Notes under the pieces: generated by a model
Database searches by the model: none
Seen by the model: only the letters and a program-made list of their open reading frames with translations
What the model was told of the DNA's origin: nothing
In this document: positions 17,892 through 26,889 of the stretch, one piece after another
Layout: each line of letters starts with the position of its first letter
Position numbering within the stretch: position 1 is the stretch's first letter
Translations under genes and position numbers: made by a program
Assembly (NCBI GenBank): GCA_964567835.1
Contig: CAZMOU010000011.1
Coordinates: 1 to 50,125 of the forward strand
Length of the DNA: 50,125 nt
From: an uncultured Chitinophaga sp.
GTDB taxonomy: Bacteria; Planctomycetota; Planctomycetia; Pirellulales; UBA1268
Direction: 5' to 3'

Positions 17892-18722
17892 ATGTGGAAC
17901 CGCGCGGTGTGGCGCAAGACGTGGGGGGATCAGCGTCTCCTCCTCCTGGCGCTGGCGGCGCTGTGGACCGTCTTTCCCTGGCTCTACCTCTGGCTCTCGT
18001 CCCAGATCGCCATCCCCGCGTTCCAGGACGTGCTGCTCAAGGCGTTGCCGCAGGACTGGCAGCGCCTCTCCGGCGTCCCTTTCTCGGAGGTGGCGACGTA
18101 CGCGGGCCGCGTGGCGCTCGCCTTCATCGATCCGGTCGTGGTGCTCGGGGCGACGGTGTGGGGCATCACGCGGGGCAGCGACGCCGTCTCCGGACAACTC
18201 GAACGGGGCACGCTCGAGATGGTGCTCGCCCAGCCGGTGGAGCGGCGCACCGTGTGGATCACGCAGGCACTGGCCACCACCGCGGCCGCGGCCCTCCTCT
18301 GCGCCGTGCTCGCGGCCTCGGTATGGGGCGCGATCACGCTCGGGCCCTGGGCCGGCAAGGTGGAGTCGTGGAGGTTCCTGGTCCCGGCGGGCAACGTCTT
18401 CGGCCTCATGGTCTGCGTCGCCGGGCTGACGGCGCTGGTCTCGGCCGCGGATTCCTGGCGCTGGCGGACGATCGGAATCCTCTGCGGCTTCTACGTCTTC
18501 TCGTTGCTCGCGAAACTGGTGGGGCGGATGAGCGATCGGTTCTCGTGGGTGGGATGGCTTTCGATCCTCGGCGCCTACGAGCCGCAGCGGCTCGTGGGGC
18601 CGCCGGAGGAGAGCCTCCCCAGGCTCGCCGCCTACGACGCGACGCTGCTCGGCGTCGGCTTGCTGGCCTACGTCGTCGGGGGCGTGGTGTTCTGCCGGCG
18701 GGACCTTCCCGCCCCGCTGTGA
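17892..18722 (+). CDS. ABC-2 family (NosY-like) transporter permease
   Basis: 276 aa from ATG 17892, 5 nt after the ATPase stop. About six hydrophobic helices with a long first external loop. Confidence 0.65.
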   Translation: MWNRAVWRKTWGDQRLLLLALAALWTVFPWLYLWLSSQIAIPAFQDVLLKALPQDWQRLSGVPFSEVATYAGRVALAFIDPVVVLGATVWGITRGSDAVSGQLERGTLEMVLAQPVERRTVWITQALATTAAAALLCAVLAASVWGAITLGPWAGKVESWRFLVPAGNVFGLMVCVAGLTALVSAADSWRWRTIGILCGFYVFSLLAKLVGRMSDRFSWVGWLSILGAYEPQRLVGPPEESLPRLAAYDATLLGVGLLAYVVGGVVFCRRDLPAPL

Positions 18723-18873
18723 ATCGGTCGCGGGCCGCCGGATTCGCTCTGGTGCACGACCCGCCGCCGCCCGCATACTGGACCGGTGATTTCCAGCCGC
18801 ACGACGCCCGGGCCGGCCGAACGCCGGGCGCCCGGGGTGGCAGCCGGCGTCCGCGATCGAAGGAGGACAGACC

Positions 18874-20634
18874 GTGACCCAGACGAACACCCCCGGCGGC
18901 TCCGGTCGGGTCGGGGAGGTGCGGCGGTGGAGTTCGATCCCGGTCGTGGCGGCAGCGCTCCTGCTGGCCGGTGCGACGGCACGGTCCGACGAGCCGACCG
19001 CGGCCCCGGCGGCCGACGTGGCCGATGGTCAGGCCGACCTCGACGCCGCCGTCGACGCCAAACTGGGCATCAAGTCGATCGACGACTTCGAGAAGGTGCT
19101 CGAACTCGTGCGCGCGGCGCTCCGCAAGGGACTCGACGAACCGTCGCGCAAGTTCGCCAACGATCTCTACACGGGCACGCTCGTGGACCGGGCGGCGATG
19201 ATCACCGACGCGCTGTTCGAGGGGGGCGACGCCGCGCGGCAATGGGAGCGTCTCCGGGCGTTCGCCCTCCGCGACCTCGGCGAGGCGGTGCAGCGCGACG
19301 ACACGCTCGCGGCGGCCCAGGTGATGATCGCCCGGCTCGAGTCGCTGCCGGGTGGCGACCGCAAGCGTGCCCGCGAGGCGGCGACGCGGGCGGTGGACAT
19401 CGGCGGTGACGACCCGCTCCAGACCGCCCAGGCGCACGTCGTCCTCGGGAATCTCGCCGAGGCGGACGCGGCCGACCGGCGCGGCCACTACGACAAGGCG
19501 GTGGAACTGGCCCCCCGCGACGTCGACGTGCGCCGGACCCGCGGCGTGTTCCTGATGAGCGAGGGGGACATCGACGGCGCCATCGCCGACATCGACGTGG
19601 CGATCGAGGAGGAGCCGGACGACCTCCGCCTGCGGGAGATGCGCGGGCTCGCGCTGTTGGTCGGGCAGCGGACCGACGAGGCCCGGGCCACCTTCGACGA
19701 GGCCCTCGAGATGGCCCCCGACTCCTCCGACCTGCTCTTCCAGCGGGCCAGGCTGCTCGCCTCGGTCGGCGACACGGACCGGGCCATGGCCGATCTCGAC
19801 AAGGCGATCGGGCTCGCCCCCGAGACGGCCGAACCGCTCGTCCTGCGGGCCCGCCTCCATCAGATGGCAGGCGACGGGGACGCGGCTCGCGCCGACGTGG
19901 AACGCGTGCTGGGCCGGCAGCCCGACCATGCCGCGGCGCTCGAGTTGCGCGGCCTCCTGGCCGCCGACCGGTCGGACTACCCCGCGGCGATCGGCGACTT
20001 CCGGCGGCTCGTGCGGCAGCAACCCGACGACGCCGTGCTCGTGTCGCAACTCGGGCTCCTCTACCTCGCGGACAAGCAGCCGCGCGAGGCGATCCGACGC
20101 TTCGACCGGGCGCTCGAGATCGATCCCGGGCTGCTGGTGGCCCTGCGCGGCCGCAGCGACGCCGAGATCACCGTCGGTGACCACGCCGCGGCGCTCGTGG
20201 ATCTGGAGAAGGCGATGGAGGTCGACCCGGAGGACGAGTCGGTGCTCAACAACCTCGCCTGGCTCCTCTCCACGAGCCCCGAGGACGCGCTCCGCGACGG
20301 CAAGCGCGCGGTGGGCATCGCGGCGAAGGCGTGCGAGTTGTCGGAGTGGAAGAAGCCGCACATCATCAGCACGCTCGCCGCGGCGCACGCCGAGAGTGGT
20401 GATTTCGAGCAGGCGCGGAAGTTCAGCCGTCAGGCGGTGGACGGCAGCGAACCGACGTCGGAGGTGCGCGGCCAACTCGAGAGCGAACTGGCGAGCTACG
20501 AGAACGGCAAGCCCTGGCGCGAGCGGCAGACCGTCGGCGACGACGGCACGGCGGGGGCCCCCGAGCCGGCCGGGAAACCGGTCGCGCCGCCGCCGCGACC
20601 CTCCTCCCCGTCGCGCCGGCCGTTCGACGAGTAG
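18874..20634 (+). CDS. secreted tetratricopeptide (TPR) repeat protein
   Basis: 586 aa. GTG 18874 with AGGAGG 7 nt upstream. Signal peptide, then repeated TPR-like units (e.g. GDTDRAMADLDKAIGLAPE, HAAALVDLEKAMEVDPE). Confidence 0.8.
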   Translation: MTQTNTPGGSGRVGEVRRWSSIPVVAAALLLAGATARSDEPTAAPAADVADGQADLDAAVDAKLGIKSIDDFEKVLELVRAALRKGLDEPSRKFANDLYTGTLVDRAAMITDALFEGGDAARQWERLRAFALRDLGEAVQRDDTLAAAQVMIARLESLPGGDRKRAREAATRAVDIGGDDPLQTAQAHVVLGNLAEADAADRRGHYDKAVELAPRDVDVRRTRGVFLMSEGDIDGAIADIDVAIEEEPDDLRLREMRGLALLVGQRTDEARATFDEALEMAPDSSDLLFQRARLLASVGDTDRAMADLDKAIGLAPETAEPLVLRARLHQMAGDGDAARADVERVLGRQPDHAAALELRGLLAADRSDYPAAIGDFRRLVRQQPDDAVLVSQLGLLYLADKQPREAIRRFDRALEIDPGLLVALRGRSDAEITVGDHAAALVDLEKAMEVDPEDESVLNNLAWLLSTSPEDALRDGKRAVGIAAKACELSEWKKPHIISTLAAAHAESGDFEQARKFSRQAVDGSEPTSEVRGQLESELASYENGKPWRERQTVGDDGTAGAPEPAGKPVAPPPRPSSPSRRPFDE

Positions 20635-20641
20635 ACGCCGG

Positions 20642-21382
20642 TCATCGCTCCGGATCGCGGCTGCCGCCCCGAAACGGCAGCGGGGTCCGGGCATCGCCCC
20701 CCCGCGCCGGATCCCGCTCCCGTGCGGCGGCCACTTTCCGGTCGTGACGCTCGGCGGCGCCGCGGGCCTGGGATTCGACTCCCGCGGCCTGCCAGGCGCG
20801 GACCGCCAGGGCCAGGGAATCGAGCGACAGCCGCTCGCGGCCGTCGCTCTCCGAGCGCGTGGCGAGTGCTTCGGCGGCCTCGGCGAGTTCCTTCGCCCGC
20901 ACCGGGGAGAGGGCCCGCAGCGGGATCTCGCGGAGCGACAGGTATTCGTTCCCCAATTCGTCGAACTCGAACTCCGCCGAGGCCAGGCGGATCGCTCTCC
21001 CCACGATGCCCGCGCTGCCCGCCGCGACACCGAGTTTGCGGGCCTCGTCGAGGAGGACCCACCTGACCGCCGCCGACGGTTCGCCGACCGCCTCCGTCAG
21101 CAGTTCCTCGGCGTCACGGATCGCGCCCCCCGTGGTGGTGGCCCGCGCCGGGGACCGTCCGTGGCGACGCCGGAACTCGGCACGCGCTTCCACGAGCGTC
21201 ACGCCGGAGGGGATCCGGCCGTCGGCCGGGGGAGCCGCCGCGGCGGCGGCACGGCAGAGGACGCCCACGAGCGGCGTGAGCGAAGCGAGGAAGATCCTGC
21301 GGGCCGCGGCCCGCGCCGGCCGTCTTCCCGCAGGATGCTCCCCCGCACCGGGATGTCCCACCGCGGATCGCCCCCTGCTCAC
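20642..21382 (-). CDS. hypothetical secreted/membrane-anchored protein
   Basis: 246 aa. GTG start (CAC 21380-21382) overlaps the upstream stop (GTGA). Hydrophobic segment IFLASLTPLVGVLC. Strong third-position G/C bias in this frame. No family recognised. Confidence 0.55.
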   Translation of the reverse strand: MSRGRSAVGHPGAGEHPAGRRPARAAARRIFLASLTPLVGVLCRAAAAAAPPADGRIPSGVTLVEARAEFRRRHGRSPARATTTGGAIRDAEELLTEAVGEPSAAVRWVLLDEARKLGVAAGSAGIVGRAIRLASAEFEFDELGNEYLSLREIPLRALSPVRAKELAEAAEALATRSESDGRERLSLDSLALAVRAWQAAGVESQARGAAERHDRKVAAARERDPARGGDARTPLPFRGGSRDPER

Positions 21383-21789
21383 CTGGCCCCGGGGTAGTAG
21401 TGCGACATGTTCATGAAGGTCGCGCTGTGACCGGTGGCCCGGATCGTGTCGGTCGTCGGTCGGGCACTGCCGCGCTGCATGTTCTGCATCTGGCCCTGCA
21501 GTCTCCCGAGCTGCCGGGCCTGGGCCTGCTGCTGGCGGAACTGGGCAGCCTGGAGTTGCTGCGGACGGACGATGTTCTGGTAAGCGCCGAGCGTGTCACC
21601 CGTGAAGGGCGAGTTGCCCTGGAATCCGAGCGCCGTGTAGGGGCTCAGGCCGCGCCGACCCTGGTAGTCGGAAAAAGGCAGCTGCTGGGCTTGGACGGCG
21701 GCGGGGACGATCGCGGGGCCGACGATCGCCAAGGCGACGATGCCGGCAAGACGGAGCAGGCGCGGACGATACGACGGGAAGGGGATCAT
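21379..21789 (-). CDS. small Gln-rich secreted protein, unknown function
   Basis: 136 aa from ATG (CAT 21787-21789). Signal/TM segment LLRLAGIVALAIVGPAIVPAAVQA, Gln-rich centre QQLQAAQFRQQQAQARQLGRLQGQMQNMQ, C-terminus TGHSATFMNMSHYYPG. Confidence 0.6.
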   Translation of the reverse strand: MIPFPSYRPRLLRLAGIVALAIVGPAIVPAAVQAQQLPFSDYQGRRGLSPYTALGFQGNSPFTGDTLGAYQNIVRPQQLQAAQFRQQQAQARQLGRLQGQMQNMQRGSARPTTDTIRATGHSATFMNMSHYYPGAR

Positions 21790-21882
21790 GATCTCGGCCC
21801 TCGTGGTGGTTCTCGAACGTTCGTTCGCCGCATCCGGACCCCGCACCCGCATCCTACCGGATCGCCGCGGACGGGGCACGCT

Positions 21883-23292
21883 TCAGTTCCCGCCCGTCGA
21901 CCGATCGACGGGAATCGTGGCGTCGATGCCCCAGGTCTCGGCCAGGGCCTCACCCCGCCACGCGAGGATCAGGTCCATCATGCCGCGGACGAGCGCCTTG
22001 GCGGCCGGCCTGTCGTGGAGCCAGGCGGCGAACTCCTCGCCATGCTCGCCGTAGGCGTCACGCAGCCACGTCGGGGCCTCGGTGAGCAACCAGGCCCGGA
22101 ACAGCAGCCACCGGGGGTCCTCCTCGCCGTACACCTCGCGGGCGACCCAGCAGAAGCCGCCGTTCGGGTTGAAGCCGTAGGGGAGACGGTTGAAGGTCTG
22201 GACGGTCTGCACGCCGAGCAGCGACACGCCCATGATCTGCTCGAAGGGAGCGGTGATCTTCTCGATCACGCCGTTGAAGGCGATCCAGGGGTCCTGGGCG
22301 ATGAACACGCGGTCGCCGGGGAGGATCTGGTAGTTGGTCGCCGTCGCCCCTCCGCGCATGATCGCCTGGATGTCGACCGGCAGCACCTGGTCGCAGCCCA
22401 CGCCCGAAGGGGCGGGTCGGGCGATCCAGATCTCCTTGCTCGACAGCTTGGAAAGACCGTTGATCTGCGCGATGGCGTCGAGCACGGTCTCGTTGCCCGT
22501 GACCGGGAAGCGCGCCACGTTGTCGCCCTGGCCCGCCCCCTCGGTGATCACGTAGTAGACCTTCGAGTTGTAGCTGAAGACGTCGACGCTCACCATCGGG
22601 GCGTCGAGGTAGTCGGAGAGCCGCTCCTCGACCGCCTTCTTCGCCTCGTCGAGCGTCATGCCGGTGACGTAGACGCTGCCGTAGGTGCCGAGGTTGATCG
22701 TGCCGTCGGGGCCGACGAGATGCTCGCCGGCGATCTGCTGCTGGCCGGCCGCCTGGGCGAGCGTGAGGGAGACCTGCGGATCGCGGAGGACGCGTTTCAG
22801 GTGGCGGAACACCGCGTCCTGCGCCTCGTCGAGCGACCGGCCGCCGACCGCGACCTTGCCGTAGGAGGGACCCAGGTCGAGGAGGCCGCCCGGCTCGACC
22901 ACGTAGATGCCGTTGATCGGTTGCTCGAGGAGCGTGCCCTCGACGATCACCTGGAGCGAGTCGAAGGACTGGATCCGGAAAGGCGGCTTCGGAACGATGC
23001 GCAGGGCATCGATGAGGAGGATGTCCGGGGGCTCGATGACGTAGGGCGGCAGCGTCACCTTGGCGAGTTCCTTCGCCGGCATGGTGGCCGGGTCGGCGTC
23101 GCACTTGGCGCTCAGCGCGACCTGCTGGGTGGTGGTCCGTTGCGGCCGGCCGTAGATGTTGCATCCGGTGGCGCAGCAGGTCGCCAGGGCGGCGAGGAGA
23201 CACGCGCGGACGACGCCGGTCGCCGGGGACCGCTCCCAGGAGGTTCGCGGGGCCGCTCCGCGATCCGGGCCAAGGTCGTCAAGAATGGGCAT
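21883..23292 (-). CDS. Wza-like polysaccharide export lipoprotein (Poly_export + SLBB) with extra C-terminal tail
   Basis: 469 aa from ATG (CAT 23290-23292). Lipoprotein signal LLAALATCCATGC. Poly_export-like PPYVIEPPDILLIDAL and GPDGTINLG segments, then a 90-aa tail. The ORF-track extension to 23649 was rejected. Confidence 0.8.
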   Translation of the reverse strand: MPILDDLGPDRGAAPRTSWERSPATGVVRACLLAALATCCATGCNIYGRPQRTTTQQVALSAKCDADPATMPAKELAKVTLPPYVIEPPDILLIDALRIVPKPPFRIQSFDSLQVIVEGTLLEQPINGIYVVEPGGLLDLGPSYGKVAVGGRSLDEAQDAVFRHLKRVLRDPQVSLTLAQAAGQQQIAGEHLVGPDGTINLGTYGSVYVTGMTLDEAKKAVEERLSDYLDAPMVSVDVFSYNSKVYYVITEGAGQGDNVARFPVTGNETVLDAIAQINGLSKLSSKEIWIARPAPSGVGCDQVLPVDIQAIMRGGATATNYQILPGDRVFIAQDPWIAFNGVIEKITAPFEQIMGVSLLGVQTVQTFNRLPYGFNPNGGFCWVAREVYGEEDPRWLLFRAWLLTEAPTWLRDAYGEHGEEFAAWLHDRPAAKALVRGMMDLILAWRGEALAETWGIDATIPVDRSTGGN

Positions 23293-23594
23293 GCGTCGAT
23301 CCTCCCAGCCGGTAGACTCGGTGTCATCGGAATCATCGGCAGTGGGAGTCGGTAAACTTTGCCGGTTTTTCGGGCCTTGCGGCCGGGAACGCGGGCGGGG
23401 TGGCCGGGGTCCACGGGGCAATCCGGGCAAGGAGGCGAACCCCACGCTCCGCGGACGGTGGTGCGCCGGCCACGCGGCCAGCCGCGCGGAGGTTTTTCGC
23501 TGGACTTGCCGCAAGCCCTTCCACCCCACCGGCCATGGGGGACGATGGAGAACCCGGACGAGGACTTCACGGTCCGTCAGCACCGCGTCGACGC

Positions 23595-25538
23595 ATGACA
23601 CCCAAGCCTCCCGCCCACGACCCCCCGGACGCCTCGCTCCGCGCCCCACGGAGGATCGACCTGCGCGTGCTGGGAAGGCACCTGGCGGCCATGGCCGCCG
23701 CCCACGCCGCCATCTTCGTGGTCTCGTGGTTCGTGTCGTTCCTCACGCGGTTCGACTTCCATGTCGACGGCGGGATGCTCGCCATGTTCCACGCCACCGT
23801 CTGGTGGGTGGTCACGGTGAAGACGCTCGTGTTCCTCGTCCAGGGGCAGTTCTCCTGGATGTTCGGCCCGGTGGCGTTCGCCGACGTGGGGAGGCTCGTG
23901 TTCACGACCACCGTGGCGGCGCTGGTGCTGTTCGTCGCGGAGTTGGTCCGCGAGGCGCTCGGCTGGGGCAACGGCGTGTCGCGGCTGCCCCGCAGCGTGC
24001 TCCTCATCGACTGGGCCGCGAGCATCATGCTCGTCGGCGCGGTCCGCGCGCTGCCCCGGACGATCCGCGAGGAACTGCGTCCCCTCTTCGCCCGTCGGGA
24101 CGTGCGTCTGGCGCTCGTCGTGGGAGCCACCCCCGCCGGGGAGCTCGTGGCGCGGAACCTGCTCGCGAACGCCTCCCGGCCCTACGCGATCCCGGGGTTC
24201 ATCGAGTCCAACGTCCTCCTCCGGGGGACGCGCATCGCGGGAATCCCGGTGCTCGGCACCGTGGCGGAGGCCGCGACGATCCTGGCCCGCGTGCCCGTCG
24301 ACGAGTTGATCATCGTGTCGGGGGCCGTCGCGGGGGGCGATCTGCGGAAACTGCTCGGGACCGCCACGGCGGCCGGCGTGACGGTGCGCGTCATCCCCTC
24401 GATCGACGAGCTGCTCTCCCCAGACGAGCCGGGCGGTTCGCCGTCGCGCCTGCGTCCGGTGGAACTGCACGACCTGCTGCGCCGCGAGCCGGTGACGCTC
24501 GACGACGCGTCGATCCGCGACCTGGTCGCGGGGAAGGTCCTCCTCGTGACCGGAGGGGGGGGCTCCATCGGGTCGGAGATCTGCCGCCAGGTGCTCCGGT
24601 TCGGGCCGGCACGCGTCGTGGTGGTCGACCACGGCGAGAACGCCCTGTTCCACCTCGAGCAGGAGCTCGCCCGGCACGGCCACCGCGACGCCTTCACGAC
24701 GCTCGTGGCCGATGTCCGCGACGAGGCCTCGATGCGCCGCCTCTTCGCCGAGCATCGCCCGGCGCTCGTGTTCCACGCCGCGGCCCACAAGCACGTGCCG
24801 ATGATGGAGGCGAGCCCCGCGGAGGCGATCAAGAACAACTGCCTCGCCACCGCGATGCTGGCCCGGCTCGCCGACGAGGCGGGAGTCGGCACGTTCGTCA
24901 TGATCTCGACCGACAAGGCGGTCAATCCCACGAGCGTGATGGGATGCACCAAGCTGGTCGCGGAGCGATTCGTGCGGGCCTTCGCCGCGCGCGCCCGGAC
25001 GACCTTCGTGATCGTCCGGTTCGGCAACGTCCTCGGCAGCAACGGCAGCGTCGTGCCCACGTTCGAGGATCAGATCCGGCACGGCGGCCCGGTCACCGTG
25101 ACCCACCCCGACATCACGCGTTTCTTCATGACGATCCCCGAGGCTGCCCAGCTCGTCATCCAGGCCGCGGCGATGGGCAAGGGGGGGGAGACCTTCGTCC
25201 TCGACATGGGGCAGCGGGTGCGGATCGTCGATCTGGCCCGCGACGTGATCGCCCTGTCGGGGCGGACGGAGGAGGAGATCGGCATCGTGTTCACCGGTCT
25301 GCGCCCCGGGGAGAAGCTGTTCGAGGAGCTGACGCTCCCCGGTGAGCAGCGACTGCGGACGGCGCATCCGAAGGTGACCTGCGTGCTCGGCCCCGCCGAG
25401 GACGAGGCCGCGGTCGAGCGCTTGCTCGAGGAGCTGCGTGGCATCCTCGACCGGTCCCCCGCGGAGATCCGCGCCGCGCTCGCCCGGCTGGTCAAGGAGT
25501 ACTCGACGGTGCCGGCGCCGTCGCCCCGGCCGGATTGA
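23595..25538 (+). CDS. CapD/PglF/WbpM-type membrane-anchored UDP-HexNAc 4,6-dehydratase (paralog 2)
   Basis: 647 aa from ATG 23595 (ATG 23535 also possible). TM helices plus the motifs VLLVTGGGGSIGSEICRQV, STDKAVNPTSVMGCTK, RFGNVLGSNGSV and LRPGEKLFEEL. Confidence 0.85.
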   Translation: MTPKPPAHDPPDASLRAPRRIDLRVLGRHLAAMAAAHAAIFVVSWFVSFLTRFDFHVDGGMLAMFHATVWWVVTVKTLVFLVQGQFSWMFGPVAFADVGRLVFTTTVAALVLFVAELVREALGWGNGVSRLPRSVLLIDWAASIMLVGAVRALPRTIREELRPLFARRDVRLALVVGATPAGELVARNLLANASRPYAIPGFIESNVLLRGTRIAGIPVLGTVAEAATILARVPVDELIIVSGAVAGGDLRKLLGTATAAGVTVRVIPSIDELLSPDEPGGSPSRLRPVELHDLLRREPVTLDDASIRDLVAGKVLLVTGGGGSIGSEICRQVLRFGPARVVVVDHGENALFHLEQELARHGHRDAFTTLVADVRDEASMRRLFAEHRPALVFHAAAHKHVPMMEASPAEAIKNNCLATAMLARLADEAGVGTFVMISTDKAVNPTSVMGCTKLVAERFVRAFAARARTTFVIVRFGNVLGSNGSVVPTFEDQIRHGGPVTVTHPDITRFFMTIPEAAQLVIQAAAMGKGGETFVLDMGQRVRIVDLARDVIALSGRTEEEIGIVFTGLRPGEKLFEELTLPGEQRLRTAHPKVTCVLGPAEDEAAVERLLEELRGILDRSPAEIRAALARLVKEYSTVPAPSPRPD

Positions 25539-25650
25539 GGCGACCGGCGCGGCTCGCGCGGAGTGCCGCCGGGCGCCGGTCCCGCCGCTACAATGCCAGG
25601 GTGGGCACCAGGGCGGTGCCGCTGCGGCGGGTACGGGGCACGAGGGCGAG

Positions 25651-26889
25651 ATGGCGACTCTCCGCGGCGCTGGCGATGGAGGTCCCGGCGGGACGCGCGT
25701 GCCCTTCGTGCGCCCCGACCTCCCCGATTTCGAGCTCCTCCGCCCCCACTTCGAGTCGATCGTCGCCACCGGGCAACTCACCAAGGGGCCGTACCTGCGC
25801 CGCTTGGAGGAGGCGGTCGCCGAGCACCTCGGCGTCCGTCACGCCGTGGCCGTGAGCAGCTGCACGGTGGGGCTGCTCCTCGTGCACAGGGCGCTTTCGA
25901 CGCTCGCGGGGCGGTGCGACGCGGAAGGCTGCGACATCGGTGCGCTGCGTCCCGTCGCCGCGGGCGACGAGGTCGTCCTCCCGGGCTTCACCTTCCTCGC
26001 CGCCCCCGCGGCGGTCCAGTGGAGCGGCCTCCGGCCGCGGTTCATCGACGTCGACGAGGCCTCGACCAACGTCAGCGTGCCGCTCGTGGCCGGCGCGATC
26101 TCGCCCCGCACCGCCGCGATCGCCGCCTGCCACAACTTCGGCAACCCCTGCGACGTCGCCGGTCTGGCGGCCCTGGCCGCGGAGCACCGCCTGCCGCTGG
26201 TCATCGATGCCGCGCACGGCTTCGGCTCCCGGCAGGGGGGGCGTCCGGTCGGTGCCGGAGCGACGGCGCAGGTCTTCAGCCTCTCCCCCACGAAGCTCCT
26301 CGTCGCCGGCGAAGGGGGGATCGTGGCCACCGATTTCGACTGCATCGCCGACGCGGTGCGCGTGGGTCGGGAGTACGGCAACGACGGCTCCTACGACGCG
26401 CGCTTCGCGGGGCTCAACGGCCGGATGCCGGAGACGTGCGCCGCGACCGCCTGGGTGGGGTTGGGGGCGCTCGATCGCATCGCCGCCTCGCGGCGGGCGA
26501 TCGCCGCCGGGTACCGGGAGGGGCTTTCCGGGCTTCCGGGCATCGGCTTCGTGTCGGAGGCGCCGGGGAGCCAGTCGAGCCACAAGGACTTCTCCATCAC
26601 CGTCGATCCCGAGGCCTTCGGGGCCGATCGCGACGCCGTCCGCGCCGCGCTCGACGCCGGCGGCATCGACACCCGCGCCTACTGGGACCCCCCCTGCCAC
26701 CGCCAGCGGGCCTACCGCTGGGCGCACGACGGTCACCCGCCGCTGGTGGTCACCGACCGGCTCGCCGCCCGCAGTCTCTCCCTGCCGATCGGCCGCCAGG
26801 TGGACGACGCGGTGATCCGGCGGGTGTGCCGCACGATCGAGGCGGTGGCGGAGGCGAGTCCGGCCCCCCGTGGAGCGGCCGTCCCGTGA
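25651..26889 (+). CDS. DegT/DnrJ/EryC1/StrS (PglE-like) PLP-dependent sugar aminotransferase
   Basis: 412 aa from ATG 25651. GDEVVLPGFTFLA motif and PLP-lysine context FSLSPTKLLVAGEGG. Confidence 0.85.
   Translation: MATLRGAGDGGPGGTRVPFVRPDLPDFELLRPHFESIVATGQLTKGPYLRRLEEAVAEHLGVRHAVAVSSCTVGLLLVHRALSTLAGRCDAEGCDIGALRPVAAGDEVVLPGFTFLAAPAAVQWSGLRPRFIDVDEASTNVSVPLVAGAISPRTAAIAACHNFGNPCDVAGLAALAAEHRLPLVIDAAHGFGSRQGGRPVGAGATAQVFSLSPTKLLVAGEGGIVATDFDCIADAVRVGREYGNDGSYDARFAGLNGRMPETCAATAWVGLGALDRIAASRRAIAAGYREGLSGLPGIGFVSEAPGSQSSHKDFSITVDPEAFGADRDAVRAALDAGGIDTRAYWDPPCHRQRAYRWAHDGHPPLVVTDRLAARSLSLPIGRQVDDAVIRRVCRTIEAVAEASPAPRGAAVP

Noticed and set aside
18406-21030. 874-aa minus-strand ORF
   Set aside because: Antisense to the TPR gene and the end of the ABC permease gene. 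R/P/G-rich with no motifs.
23293-23649. N-terminal extension of the Wza-like ORF (ORF track starts at 23649)
   Set aside because: The extension is R/P-rich and overlaps the divergent promoter region and the CapD start. The lipoprotein signal peptide follows the internal ATG at 23292.
25589-25594. TACAAT hexamer in the 112-nt gap before the aminotransferase gene, a possible internal -10 box
   Set aside because: There is no plausible -35 (CCGCCG at the expected spacing), and the promoter consensus for this lineage is unknown to me. Too weak to call.
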